A program made the translations under genes and the position numbers. Under the pieces are notes generated by a model. That model was not told where the DNA came from, did no database searches, and worked only from the letters and a program-made list of their open reading frames with translations. DNA of 63,110 nt, the filler included, from Pelomyxa schiedti (Eukaryota > Protista > Evosea): assembly GCA_020536535.1 (NCBI GenBank). It is 5 parts of 5 records of this genome, joined end to end, with 100 filler letters (N's around TTAATTAATTAA, not from the genome) between each part and the next. Parts side by side here need not be neighbours in the genome. Positions count along the whole stretch, not along the records: positions 41,889 to 61,162 come from JAHLWZ010001109.1; positions 61,263 to 63,110 come from JAHLWZ010002241.1; 3 more parts are not named here. One strand, 5' to 3'. Positions 49,981 to 62,474 of the stretch are shown here, piece by piece. Numbering within the stretch: position 1 is the first letter of the stretch; each line of letters starts with the position of its first letter.

Positions 49981-50526
49981 TTGGGGCTGACATTTGTTGA
50001 CATTGTATAGTGCTGTTCCAACACTCACATGTGCCCAGAATGTGGTTGTATGGGCACTGACCCAGTCCATTTTCACAGTTGTGAATGTATGGGGAAAAAA
50101 AAACTAAGTAACCTAACAATCAAGTTAGAGAGCGCAACAAGGCGTGTAAATCTCCCTGATGGGGCTGCCAAAATGCAAGTATTTGTCCAGATATCAGATT
50201 GGAAACCCCTGACCTTGGAAGTAGTGCCAGAGCTGTGGTTGAAAATATACATTCAGAGCAAGGAACATAAATAACACTCTTTTGTGCAGATAGATGATCT
50301 GTTCCGGCACCCGGAAAATGGTATCCATTTACTCAATCCCCCTGCTTCCTTTTTCACTGGGAACTGAGGGAAACACTGCTCACAACTGGGTACTACAATC
50401 TCCCCTTGGTTTGGCCTGATTTTGAGACCCTAGTGAGTAGATTTCGAATTTTCTTGTGCTTTTTGGGTGGACCTAGTTTGACCCCAACAGTAGTGCGTAT
50501 GTGGACTTAGTTTGACCCCCAATAAT
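49981..50526 (-). mobile_element. Non-autonomous transposon remnant carrying the same terminal repeat as 33331 and a ubiquitin-like fragment
   Basis: 50353-50526 is the inverted copy of 33331-33470, with its terminal ~25-bp motif duplicated. 50173-50270 (+) translates MQVFVQISDWKPLTLEVVP..KIYIQSKE. Left boundary is tentative. Confidence 0.5.
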
Positions 50527-50584
50527 AATTTCGCTTTTAGTTGACAGGTCACCTCTGATCCGATCATTTTAGTTTCAAAAGAAA

Positions 50585-51457
50585 ATGGATCAAGAAGAAG
50601 AGATTCGGAAACTAAGCGATCTTTTAAGAGCGGGGCTGATACTCGAGGCAGAGTTCGATGTGCGCAGGAAAGAAGTGGTCGACAAGTTCCACCCACCAGA
50701 AGCCCCAGAAACTTTGTCCTTTCCCTCCTCCTCCTCCTCCCCCTGTGGCGACACCACGACGACGTCGTCGTCGTGTACCAGTGGCCCTGTTACTTCTGAC
50801 CTTGGTGTCGTCACCAATGTTGCTCCCGAGGGCAATGACGACTATGACATCGACGATGAAGGAGACGCCGCGGAGTTTCCTCCCCCTTCAAATGCAACTG
50901 CAGCGTCGACGTCGTCGGCAGCGGCGCCGGCGCGGCGTGCTGTTAATTTGGCCTCGTTTGCGCCGTACATTTACGCTGTGCTCAAGCAGGTGCACCCGGA
51001 ATTGGGAATATCAAAAAAAAGCATGTGCATAATGGACTCGTTCTTGCATGACATGTTCGAGAGGATAGCGACTCAGGCTGGCCGACTGGCCAGGTGAGAG
51101 CCTTGGCGGCTAAGCGGGGATAATCTACAAAGCTAAACTCATGATGCATTTCCAGATACAACCTCCACGGTACCATTTCCAGTAGAGAAATCCAGACAGC
51201 AGTGAGGCTGCTACTGCCTGGGGAACTGGCTAAACATGCCGTCAGGTATGGTCCAGTGATAAGAACCAAAGATCTAATGAAGACACAGTGAAGGCACCAA
51301 AGCTGTTACAAAGTTTAACATTTCTTATCCACAACCACCAGCCGAGGATGCTGAAATGTCAGAAAGTGAGGAGGAACCAGATGATGGCGAGGACAATGAC
51401 GACGAAAATGACGACGGGGATGAACCCACCTCGGAGAGGTCGTCTGACGATGAATAA
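50585..51457 (+). CDS. Histone H2B variant with N-terminal SHOCT-like domain and acidic C-terminal tail
   Basis: [73 protein letters not shown] histone fold; two introns. Confidence 0.88.
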
Positions 51458-51596
51458 CAACACTCCTTGTACCATCCCACAATCATACCGTAATTGAAGC
51501 AAAAAGTGCTGCTATTCAACGCCTTATGCAGCTTCCTTCTCTCAGATGCACCCAGCCCCCGGGTTGCACCTTTTTTTTCCTTTTAGAGCCATAATC

Positions 51597-53391
51597 ATGG
51601 TGCTCGTTGCGACGTGGAATGTCAACGGGCTGCGGGCGTTGTGCCGAGGGGGTCCCCATGCCAGGCTAGCCTCTGGCCCAAACCCCCCGCTCGTCGGAGT
51701 AGCGGACGCGCTGGCCGAGGCCACCCTGTCCCCCAGGTGCGGGGTCGTGTGCCTGCAAGAGACCAAACTGAGCTGGGAGGACGCGAGGGAGTGGGGCCTG
51801 GTGGGCAAGGGCGGGAGCGGGAGCGGGAGCGGGAGCGGGGGAGGCAGCGCTGGGGGCGCGGGAGGCGACGCCGACGCGGGGCTGTGGTGCGCGGGGGGGC
51901 GGGGGCCCTGGGCTGCATTCTACTCGTTCTGCAGGGCCAGGAGGGGATACTCGGGAGTCGTTACATTGTGCAGGAGGTCGATCAAAGTCGTCGGGGCGGA
52001 GGAGGGTTGGCTCTTTCTTTATCTGTCCTTTGTTGCTCCCTTGCTTTGGGATTGTGGGTGCTTATTGTCTGGTTTTCATGTAGTTTTTTGGGCGCTATTT
52101 CGTATGTTTTGGGTTATATTATATTATAGTAACTACAAAAATACAGGGTTGTCTGGATTGCTTCCAAGAATAGACAGAAATACAGAACAGACCTGGTCAT
52201 CTATTCCAGGAAATGTGGGTGGACCCTACTCACTACCTGAAGACATGAGTAAAGAAGAAGCCCTTTCGTTGGATCAAGAAGGGAGATGTGTTGTAACTGA
52301 CCATGCTGAATTCGTCTTGATCAATGTTTATGTACCAAATTGCTCTTCTCTGGAGAGGCTCCAGTTTAAGCTTCGGTACTGCACCTTGCTGAGTCATAGA
52401 GCAACAGCTTTGGTCAATGCCGGAAGGAAGGTGTGCTGCCTCTTTTTTTTTACTTGTGGAGTTAAATACAGTGTGTAAAAGCGTGCTGTTGCTACTGCAG
52501 GTCATTATTGTAGGAGATTTGAATATGCCGCACTCCAACCTTGATCATTGGTCACCATCACAATACCTTCGTGACTACTCTGAGATGCTTGGCTCTGAAG
52601 TCACTTGGGAATCTCACCCTGTCCACCTTTGGTTAAATTCATTTCTGGAAGGCAGTGCTAAACAAGTGGAACATGTACTAAATCCAACAGACAAAGAAAG
52701 TGCAGCTGCTACACACCCTCCACCACCCGATCCATTATTTGTGGATCTTTTCCGGCACCATTCACCAGAGAGACCAAATGTATACACATGCTGGAATCAA
52801 AAGCTGTATGCAAGGAATAGTAACCAAGGCACCCGCATCGATTACATTATCTGCTCTAGAAACTTCTTGGAATGTTCCAAAAGTTGTGATGCAATGGGGA
52901 GAGTTCTTGGCTCAGACCATTGTCCTATTATTGCTGAATTCGCGTGTGATATTGAAGGCGACAGCAACTTCTCCTCCCTACCATTGTGTGCAGATAATCT
53001 GCCCCAGTTTACACAACAAATGAGAATTTCCCAGTTTTGCCATCCAAGCCCGATTACTTCCCAGTTGGTGAAACCATTACCGCACACTACCAGTGATACA
53101 CAAGAAACTGGACTTTCCACAAGTGTAGAGCCCACAACTATCAACATAGCACCAACAGAAACTTCTCCCCCCACTATAGAACAATTGCAAACACAAAGCA
53201 TTTCATCTAAAGCAACCCTACCAGTGAATACAACTGCCCTTTCGATCCCAGGAAAACGAACGGCCAGTCTCCACAAAACAAACTTAAAGGAGATTCCCAA
53301 AAAGCCTAGAACCAACAAAACGACTACCACACAAAAAAACACATTACACACCTACTTCCAGGCTGTTAAGTCACAAGAAAAGAGAGTGTAG
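51597..53391 (+). CDS. APEX2: AP endonuclease 2-like (ExoIII/APE family)
   Basis: TWNVNGLR, CLQETK, YSGV, DQEGR, NVYVP, GDLN, YTCW, RIDY, SDHCP; PIP-like QMRISQF and QKNTLHTYF. Confidence 0.85.
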
Positions 53392-53828
53392 ATTTGCTTT
53401 GTTTGAACCGAGTTGTTCTGCCAAAAAAAAGCTAAGAACGACCTCTTTACAGGTCCTGTTTCTCCTGATAGAGAGCTAAATGGAACCTCTCGTGAGAACA
53501 ACAGTTACGCCGAACCGGGAATGGAAACCGGTTCCTCAAGGAAGAAACGTTGATTGTGTTGCGTGATTAACTTCATAGAGGACGGGAAGTGACCAACGAA
53601 GATGGATAGAACCACACATTTTTCAGTTAGTACTGACGGCGCGGGTTGAGGGTCCTTAGAACAATAATGCATTTTGTCACCGAAACCACAGGTCGCACTC
53701 ACAAATTATGGGCACAAAGTAGCACTCTTGTTGACAACGGCAGAGAAGCCTGTGAGTTGCGTCTTTTTTTTGGTATTATGTTTTCTTGTTCTAAGTTGTC
53801 ATTTGGCCCAAAGGTTGTCTTTTCACAA

Positions 53829-55435
53829 ATGGGCAAAAATGTGCTAAGACCAACTCTGCCTGAGGAGTTGACAGACATTTTACAGGAAACTCAATGTCAC
53901 AGTGCAACGCCTATCGTACGAGTTTCTCCAGTAACATCTTCTGTGACAGCACCCACTTCCCCTTCTACCGGCTCACCGAGTCGTGGACTCTCGACCAGAG
54001 AAAGCTGCATCATCGTGTCACTATTGCAAAGTATAATTATGCCATTCCCGTCTATCGACGAGGATGTCTTGATTGTAAACAAGCTAGTCGACGAGGGATA
54101 CCTATACAAACTGCAGAATGAAGGTGCAACTGCGGAACAGGTGCAGTTGCAGTACAAGAGGAATCCTTTGGAGAACGTGAGTTATGTAATTTTTGAGTAC
54201 ACCAATTTGTGTGGCTTTCACTGCCACCACTGCCACAACAGCCGCACCAAGAAAACCACTGTCACCAACTTGAACCCGCTACTGCGTTCAGTTGATGTGC
54301 TTGTGCAGATTGGCGTGAATCATTTCGCTTTCATTGGAGGAGAGGTTGACCAGTTCGGTGATGGATGGCTCAATCTTACCAGACATATTGCATCACACCG
54401 AGAGAAGGAAGGAGACATTCCAGTGTCCGTGGTCACCAGTGGTTGGTTTTTGGAGCAGACGAATTTCCTTGCTGCAGGTGTTACATACCCCGATGTGCCC
54501 TCTTTCCTCCGAGATATGAAAGCCAACGGTGTAACACACATTCGCTTCAGTTTGGACAGTCATATTCCCGAGGAGCATGACCAGAACAGGTCCTCTTGGT
54601 CTTTCATCCCTTCCTTACACTAAAACCTTTAAGAGAACATCCTGGACTCTTTGCCAAGGTTATGAGGGGTATGTCCCTTGTTCGAGAGTGTGGATTAGAG
54701 GCACGGGTGTCCGTGCTTGTACCACCAAATGGAATGAGAAATATGCACTACCTCGCATTTCTACTTTCCTGTGCTGAGAAGATGTACGACTTTCCACCTG
54801 ATGCGTCTGCTGAGGACAAATTAGTACTGCTAGCTGATGATAAAATGAACATGTTGAATAACTTTATTGACATCGGAAGTGGTATGTAACTACCTGGCGG
54901 GTTTCCAATAAAATTGTACAGGTGCTACAGAAAATTGCACTATGAACTCTATCCGCCCATTTGATCTTCTCAAAATTCCACCGGAACAGCTCTATTGCAA
55001 AGGATTCTTCCGTCCAGCACCAACACTTACAATCAAAGCTAATGGTGAGATTTCCCTATGCCGAGTAACCAATGCCGGTGAGGGCTACGGAAACATTAAC
55101 AACCACGACATTGTCTATCTTCTGAACCACTTACAAGTATTGATTTCCCGCACCAAGAGGCTTGCTCCCTGACACCTGTTTTTCCACAGGATAGCTTTCT
55201 ATACAAGCTCCATGCTGAAAAGCGACTTCATGAGTACATAAAATACCTGGATACCAACATTTTTGGGACCACGTTCACCTTCCCATGTGCCTTCAGGGCC
55301 GTACTTTCAATGATTGCAAAACGAGTGCATGAACGCAACATTCAAGCAGATGATTTGCAGGCAATACAACAAATTAACCGAGAAGTGGCGTGGTACAGTG
55401 GCCACGGTTCCGAAAAACCTGAGGAACTCTTCTAG
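53829..55435 (+). CDS. Radical SAM enzyme with SPASM/twitch-like C-terminus (prokaryote-type)
   Basis: EYTNLCGFHCHHC (CX3CX2C), FIGGE, VVTSG, FSLDS, CKGFFRPAPTLTIKANGEISLC; three introns. Start uncertain. Confidence 0.85.
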
Positions 55436-55485
55436 ATGTTAATAACAGAAGAAGTGCTTTATGAATCAACAAAAATTGTCTTCAT

Positions 55486-56261
55486 TTATTCCTCATACCA
55501 AGGGGAATTAGGACCATAGTCCAGACAGTCCTGGAGTGTTCGGTTACAGACACCACAGCAACCGGTTATGTTATCGATCCAGAACAAGCAGTAGGGATAA
55601 ATGCATGCAGCTGGTCCCCAATACACAGTAATGCAAGTGAGAGTATCTGTATCGGGTCCAATCCACATTTTATAGTTACTGAAATGATGTAAATAGCCAA
55701 CCAAAGGGTACAAGAAAGAAACCATTTAATTGGTGCTGGTGGTGGTTCTGGTCTATCCCACGCATAAATTTGAATGCAGATACAGGTGAGAATAATAACT
55801 CCGACTAAGAATACTATTAGCCAACGGAATTTAGGAGCCAATCTGTCTTCCTTGTCGTTGTACCACCTCCACTAAGACAGAGTAAGGAAAAGAATAAATA
55901 CACTAAGAGATTGTCCGTACTAAAATAGCAAGACAGCCAAACAGACAAAGTGCAACGGCAGCTATGAAGAAGTGACCAACTACACCGTCAATGATACCCA
56001 ATGATACGGCAAGAGCTACAGAGAACTGAGAAGCAAACAGGTCAGGTTTATCGAAGAAACGAATAAAAAAACAAACCGCAAGAAATAGGATAACTATGCC
56101 TCCGGTACCCCAAATCAAGGCCTTCTCCTAGTCAATACATTAGTACAAGATCTCAGCAAAACCATAAAAGAAAACCACAGCAGTGCGCGTTGGTGTTTAG
56201 TTTGTCGTTCTGCTGTACAAACCCCCTTGGTCCTCTCGCCATACAACGGGGTCTCCTTCAT
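55486..56261 (-). CDS. Multi-pass membrane protein, unknown function
   Basis: About four hydrophobic segments across the exons; 3' exon frame unresolved. Confidence 0.55.
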
Positions 56262-56509
56262 TCGTTGTTTTTTTTACTTTTGTTTTTGATCTTTTGAAAG
56301 GAAAAGTTGTCAGTGTTTTGCCCCATCACCCCTTAGAGATCGCTGTGATCGTTTGCTTGGATACCGATTTGCCCAATTGTGGCCTTGCCACTTTTCTGGT
56401 GTTTGACACATTAGAACCCCTGCGTTGGCCCGGACAATGGCTTGTTGGATCTCTTCACTTACAACTCCAAAGAAACACACAAAATCGAGATACGTGAAGG
56501 AGGCCTGTT

Positions 56510-59500
56510 ATGACTACGCTCTTTGAAATTTTTGCCTGCGAGGGAGACGCATCTTCGTATGTGCTGGACTGTTGCATTGTTTGTCTGTTCACGAGTCAAA
56601 ACCACGCAGGAGCCCTCTTACAATGCGTAACCTGAGGGAGAGACTTGTAAGTCACATAGCAAAAATACCTCAAGAGCACACGTTGCCAGAGTCGTACCAC
56701 AATGGACGGGTTGCCCACGCGCGTATGTTTTTTCCCCCTTTGCACTGTTCTTAACAAGGCATCATGCTATCTTTCTTTATAACACTCTGGTTAACATAGG
56801 CGTTGAGACCATGGCTGCTGGAGGTGTTTCTAAAATCGGGGATGTCTTTGACGAGGTGACTGAATCACAGTAGCCGCCTTGGAATAGATAGCACTCACAC
56901 TAGTCAGGTTGTAGGGCAGAGCAACTTCGCAAGTATACGGGGTAATGTGTGTTTGTATGCTGGGAAATGGATGTATGAAGCTATAATCAGCACTACTGGT
57001 GTTATGCAGATAGGCTGGTTTTCCCCAACCTGTGTCTTCTCAGAGGAGGTCTTGTTATGCATTCTACAAATATTTCTAACTGTAAAAAGGAAGGAGTTGG
57101 TGACTCTCCTGACTCCTTTGCATACGATGGCAACCGAGTCAAGAAATGGTCCAATGGAGCAGGAAAGTATGGGCAACAGTGGGCTCCGTTTGACGTAATT
57201 GGCAGTTGCATTGATTTTGAGAAGGTACTCATTTAAATTGGTCTGTTTTTCTAAAAACGAACCAAGAGGGAAATCTCTTTTTACCGTAATGGAGAATGTA
57301 TGGGAGTGGCATATCAAGACATCAAAGCTAATCTACCTGGGTTTGGATACTACCCTGGTATGAGTATTTCTACTCTAGAAAAAGCTATACCGAATTGGGG
57401 AGCATTCCCTTTCAAGTTAGTTCCCCCTTGTACACAATGCATAGTGTATGTTATGACTGTGGTCTGTTACAGGTATCCTGTCGAAGGATTTCTGCCACTG
57501 CAGCAACCTCCTGACCCCCACACCACTGAAACCGCGAAATACTTGCTATCTTGCATGAAAAGACTCACTGTTTCTCACACAGTTTAGGCAATTATCATTA
57601 GTTTGCTCTCATGGCATGTAGGGTTCCCCCATGACAGAGTTAGACATTGATGATGTTGTCATCATTACATCTATCATATTTGAATTTTTAGCACAACCCC
57701 TGCGCGACCCTTATATTGTGGTCCGATTAATTTCTTTTTCTTCCCATTTTCACTTTGACCTCCAGTCAACACTGTTAGTCCCTGTTCTACAGGAATTGTG
57801 CCTGTCCGAAAATGCCTCTGTTCTCCCGACTTTCATCCATCTGCTTAGTATTGGATTGTCGGTAACCAACAAGTTTACTTCTTTTTATAACTGATGGCAT
57901 GCAAGCCTCAGGAATTTACTAAATGCATGGAAGATTGTGTGAGCTACATTTGCTTATCCATCCGCACAACCACCATCCACACTGTCATAGAAGAATGTAA
58001 TAAACACAATACAACTACACCACCATGTACAAGTATGCTTGATCTTGCCTCACGTTTGTGTGGATGCACTGAAGTTCATAACCTCATGCTTCAAAAGCCA
58101 GAAAGGTAAAAAATATCCAATTTGAGGCTATCTAAGTCACACAAACAGTGCCGCCTTGTGGATTGAAGGGTTCCTTTCCCTCAAACCCCTCAGCACAGTT
58201 GATATAGAAAAACTCTTCCCTGTTATAAATTTCCCGGAAAATCCAGACAATGTATGATAATTTGAAGCACTCCTGATTTCATTGATTCTCCTGCAGGTGC
58301 CAACACAAATACAGCTTGTTGGTGAAAGATGCATAAGTCAATTAGATTCAGCTCTGTTAGTTCTGTGGCGCCTCCAAGAGAAAGTCACTAAGACTCTGTT
58401 TAATAGTCCAGTCTTGTTGCCCTGGTATTCTATGCCTATGTACCTTATATTTGTGATATTTTCTTCTAGGCTTGAAGCACTTGTTGTACACAATAAAGAT
58501 TATGACCGGTCTATCCCCCCAGCTGGGTTGACTGATATACCTGTTTTGACAAATATATTTTTCATTGCACTAAGTGTTGCTTTACCCTTCCTAAGAACGG
58601 CCAATCCTGCCGAGCTTGATATGTCCATCTTTTTCCAGGTGATGACCTAATCTACAGTTCCTTCACCTAAAACGGTATAGTCTCCTGTTTGTGGACTTGA
58701 TTTACCCAGAGTCGGTGGAGTTCATGAACATCTCTTCAAGGAATCACCACCGTCATCAGATCAATTAGCAGTGATGTCTTCTTCTCTTGAACAAAAGAGG
58801 AACAGTAAGCTAGTGCATTACCTCGTGTGCTTGTACCACTACGCAATCACCCGAAGGTTCCGGAGTTTATACCAAAATATCCAAAATCAGCAAAAGGCAA
58901 TCGCCATGTACCTCAAAGCTGAAACAGCAGTATGATTTTACTCTTAGTCGTTCCAAAGGTCACATAATATCTTAGGCAGGATTTGAAGCTCCCAAACAAC
59001 TGATGAAGCAAGACGCCATGGAAACTGTGCGATTAGTGTCGTATTACAAAGGCACCTTGTTCAATGCCGTATTTGTCACCTCTTGTACTTGTCTCTTTTA
59101 ACAGAATGAATATCAGTCACGGCAAAATGCACTGTTTGACTTGTGTCAATTCTTGGTGAAAGTGCTCAATACTACTTCTACGTCAAATCCACTTTTCAGT
59201 TATATTCCCGAGTGGTACATAGAAGTGCCTATCGATGCCTTCCACGCTTTACGGAGAGCGGACCCTCCATTCTCCTTCCTTCATTGTATGCACTTTTTGT
59301 GGCTATTTTGCAAGGTAACCTACCCCAAGATTCTAACCGAGAGTTCATCAATAGTATGTTGTGGTTTCTCTGTAGCCACTACAGTGATACCAGAATAAAG
59401 CACCCAGGCACAACTCCCAATCCTTATCTAGTCATTTAATAACACCCTCTTTTCCCTTTTTTTTTCCAAACAGATACTAAAGAGTTGGTCTTGCAAACAC

Positions 59501-60869
59501 TTCTGATTATTTTGCAAATTGCAGAGTAATTCACAGCTCCTAGTTGCAATTCTTAACTCTTTTTAGTTACAAATTTTTGTTTGAGGAAAATTTGGAAGCC
59601 TGCAGAATTATGGGGAACAAGTTAATTACCGTCTTCGAGCCAATCAACTATGTATTAGTAACAAAGATCTTCATCTTCTTATGGAAGGTTGCAACCAGTG
59701 GACCAGTGTCCATTAAGTAAAATTCTTTATGACAGGGTAAAGGATTTGCCCAGCCGTCAGGGGTGCACATACCCTATGGTGCTGCTTACCAGGGATTCGT
59801 TGATTCCGCTTCTGATCAAGAACTTTTTGATCAGTTCTTAAACAAGGTGTTCAATGCCCTCAACCAAACCGCGTCCGAATTTGCTGTTGCTCTGAAAGAG
59901 GTAACCTTTTTTTCCCTTAATTCCATTTTACTCCCCTTTTATTCTAGGAGAAATCTGGAAGAGGACAAATTGAGCAAATAAGACGCAAGGTGGATACGTT
60001 CTTGGATTTCTCTGTAGCTTTGACCAGGGTACATACACAGCACATTAGTAATAGTTAAATCATTCGAAGATTCTAGAAATAGTTTCCATTGAGCTTCCAG
60101 CAACAGTTTTAAATAACGAAGTTACACTGGTTCGTTTGTCCGAATTCATCATTTTCTCCCTCAACCGGTGTGCACGATTCCCGTATCTTACCAAAAAAAT
60201 ATTGACTTTTGTTTAGTGGCACTATTGGACCCGATTCCGCTTTATTTAAACAATTGTGCAGTGCACATGGTGTGTGAGGTCCTCTGGCACTAATAGACCT
60301 TTTGTACAGACTTCAGTGCGCTTCACTTTGGTCCGGATCTTCTCTTGGCTCCTGTAGTGGGAATATGTAGTAGCCTTCATGAATTCAACAATAAACTGGT
60401 GTCAGCACTTGTTAAGACCCCTGGCTTTTCATTGGATTATTTCAAATACCTCGTGAACCACAACTGGATGACTGCTCTGGAACAATGTCAGTACCTGGAT
60501 GGTGTGAATTTTGTTTAACTGTGCGTAGTTACAGAGAATCCCAATCTCTCTGCCCTTGCCTCCTTTGTTACATTCACGGAAGCACTTTCATCTGCAGCGT
60601 CATCTGTTCCTACAAATCAGCTACAGAGTGTGCCCGTGGTACTTGCACCCACACTCGTGCTTGTTTGCCCTAATATCACATCCCTTCAGGAAGGTGAACT
60701 TTGTGCCATATGTTGTACATCCCCCATAGATACAGTCTTCGAGCCCTGCAAACACGAGTCGTGCCACATGTGCATTCAGCGCCATCTACTCAACACGAAA
60801 ACCTGCTTCTTCTGCAACGCTCCAGTTACCCATCTGGTTCGGCAGCCCTCCCTTCTATCATCTCTCTAA
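56510..60869 (+). CDS. RNF123: E3 ubiquitin ligase RNF123/KPC1 (SPRY + helical region + RING)
   Basis: SNFASIRGNVC..GKWMYE..MQIGW, GVGDSPDSFAYDGNR, YPVEGFLPLQ, FSYIPEWYIE; C-terminal CAICC...PCKHESCHMCIQRHLLN.K.CFFC. Start uncertain. Confidence 0.88.
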
Positions 60870-62474
60870 CGTTTCTCATCAACCAGCAAAGCAAGGGTTC
60901 CCAGCCCTCAACCGAAAAGACAACCAACGACTCATGAAGCTCCTAAAATTTTGCCCACAGCACCTAATTAAGATCAGAATCGCCTTCTTGACACCAACAA
61001 AAAAAGAATAAGACTCAGGCCCCGTGTCCACAGTAAACAAAAATATTGGACGTTTCAGTCAAAAAACGGCATAATGAATGAAAAATAAAAACAACCAACA
61101 AAAAACAAGTTTATCCACTGGGCGCACCCAGTGCATTTCGTTTGATTTTGATGATAGTTCTCNNNNNNNNNNNNNNNNNNNNNNNNNNNNNNNNNNNNNN
61201 NNNNNNTTAATTAATTAANNNNNNNNNNNNNNNNNNNNNNNNNNNNNNNNNNNNNNNNNNNNTTGCACCCCGTGGCCGATGGTCTTGTAGAAAACGCCTT
61301 TTTTTTCCGTCTCAGTTCCTCGTCTCTGGACTGAGAAAACTAATAAACCCGATAAAAAGTGTGCACACTTGGGCAGTCCCAACATTGGCAACCCCGCTGC
61401 CGTACTCCTCGTCGTCCATGTTTAGTTTTTGATTTATCTCATATTAGACATATAGAAAAAAGCCATTTTTTCTAAGTACAGCACGAAAAACAGAATTTTC
61501 TAAGTCTGATGTAGTTCAACAGTGGTTTGCAAAAGTCGTGAAAAAATTTTGACAAAAAAATTGCACTGGGCAGAGGTGTTGGCCACAGAAAAGTCGCAGG
61601 CAACTCGTGTGTTGGAGCCCAAACAAGGAAACCCCATCCCTAACAACTTTCGCGACATTTGACATTGATGGATCGTAACAGGTACAACAAGCCGAAACCA
61701 AGTTGATGTCGGGTCAGTTGTGGCGGTTTCTAATGCAGTACCAAAGTGTGTCGTTTTGTGCTGCTGCGCATTCTATTGGGTGCACAGCACCCCTGGGTGT
61801 TCAGTGTAGGAACAATCACACAAATTGTTTTTCTGTTGCCAACGGCCCCGATACTTACAGTGCAGTTACGTGTGTTGGTGTGGCAGTCTGTGACGCGGGT
61901 GTTGGGGTGCCTTCATGGGGGCTTGTTGCCTACATTTGGCCAAAAGCGAGGCTGTGCATCGTGCACCACTCGTGTACGTTTTTCTGTGAGATCACCAGTG
62001 ACACAGTTACCGGGCCACGGTGCAGTGCATCGTAACTGTTGTCACTCTACACCATCGTTGTTACACCCGATGCGTAATTAAAAATCGCGGGTTCTCTGAC
62101 GAGTAAAGAAATGCGGACAAGTCACCTCCAGAGAGACACTGTGCCATCTCAGTACAGCTTGTTATGGGTGACTACAACAGCATTACCATGCACATTTAAT
62201 CTCCTCTGTACCTGCTGCATGTGTGTTTACTTCACAGAAAAAAAGAATTATTTTTCCGGAAACTGGCTTTTTTTTTTTTCTGGACCAGGTGCACATTTGG
62301 GCAAAAAAAATTCCTTTCTCCCTTCAGGGCACAGAGACTGCTGCAGGACCAAGCACATTTTCTGGTCCACCCTTTGGGCCAGCTAAATCCAAAAGAGCAG
62401 ATTTTTCCATCCACCCCCGACTGAGAACAACACTCTGATTCATGAAAACGAATTTTTTAGTGTGAGTCCCAAAA

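Noticed and set aside
55486-55841. Overlapping frames suggesting a programmed frameshift
   Set aside because: An unresolved short intron is the simpler explanation in this intron-dense genome.
61263-62440. Short ORFs and small inverted repeats after the last gap
   Set aside because: No recognisable domain or definable element ends; possibly repeat debris, but not supportable from the sequence.
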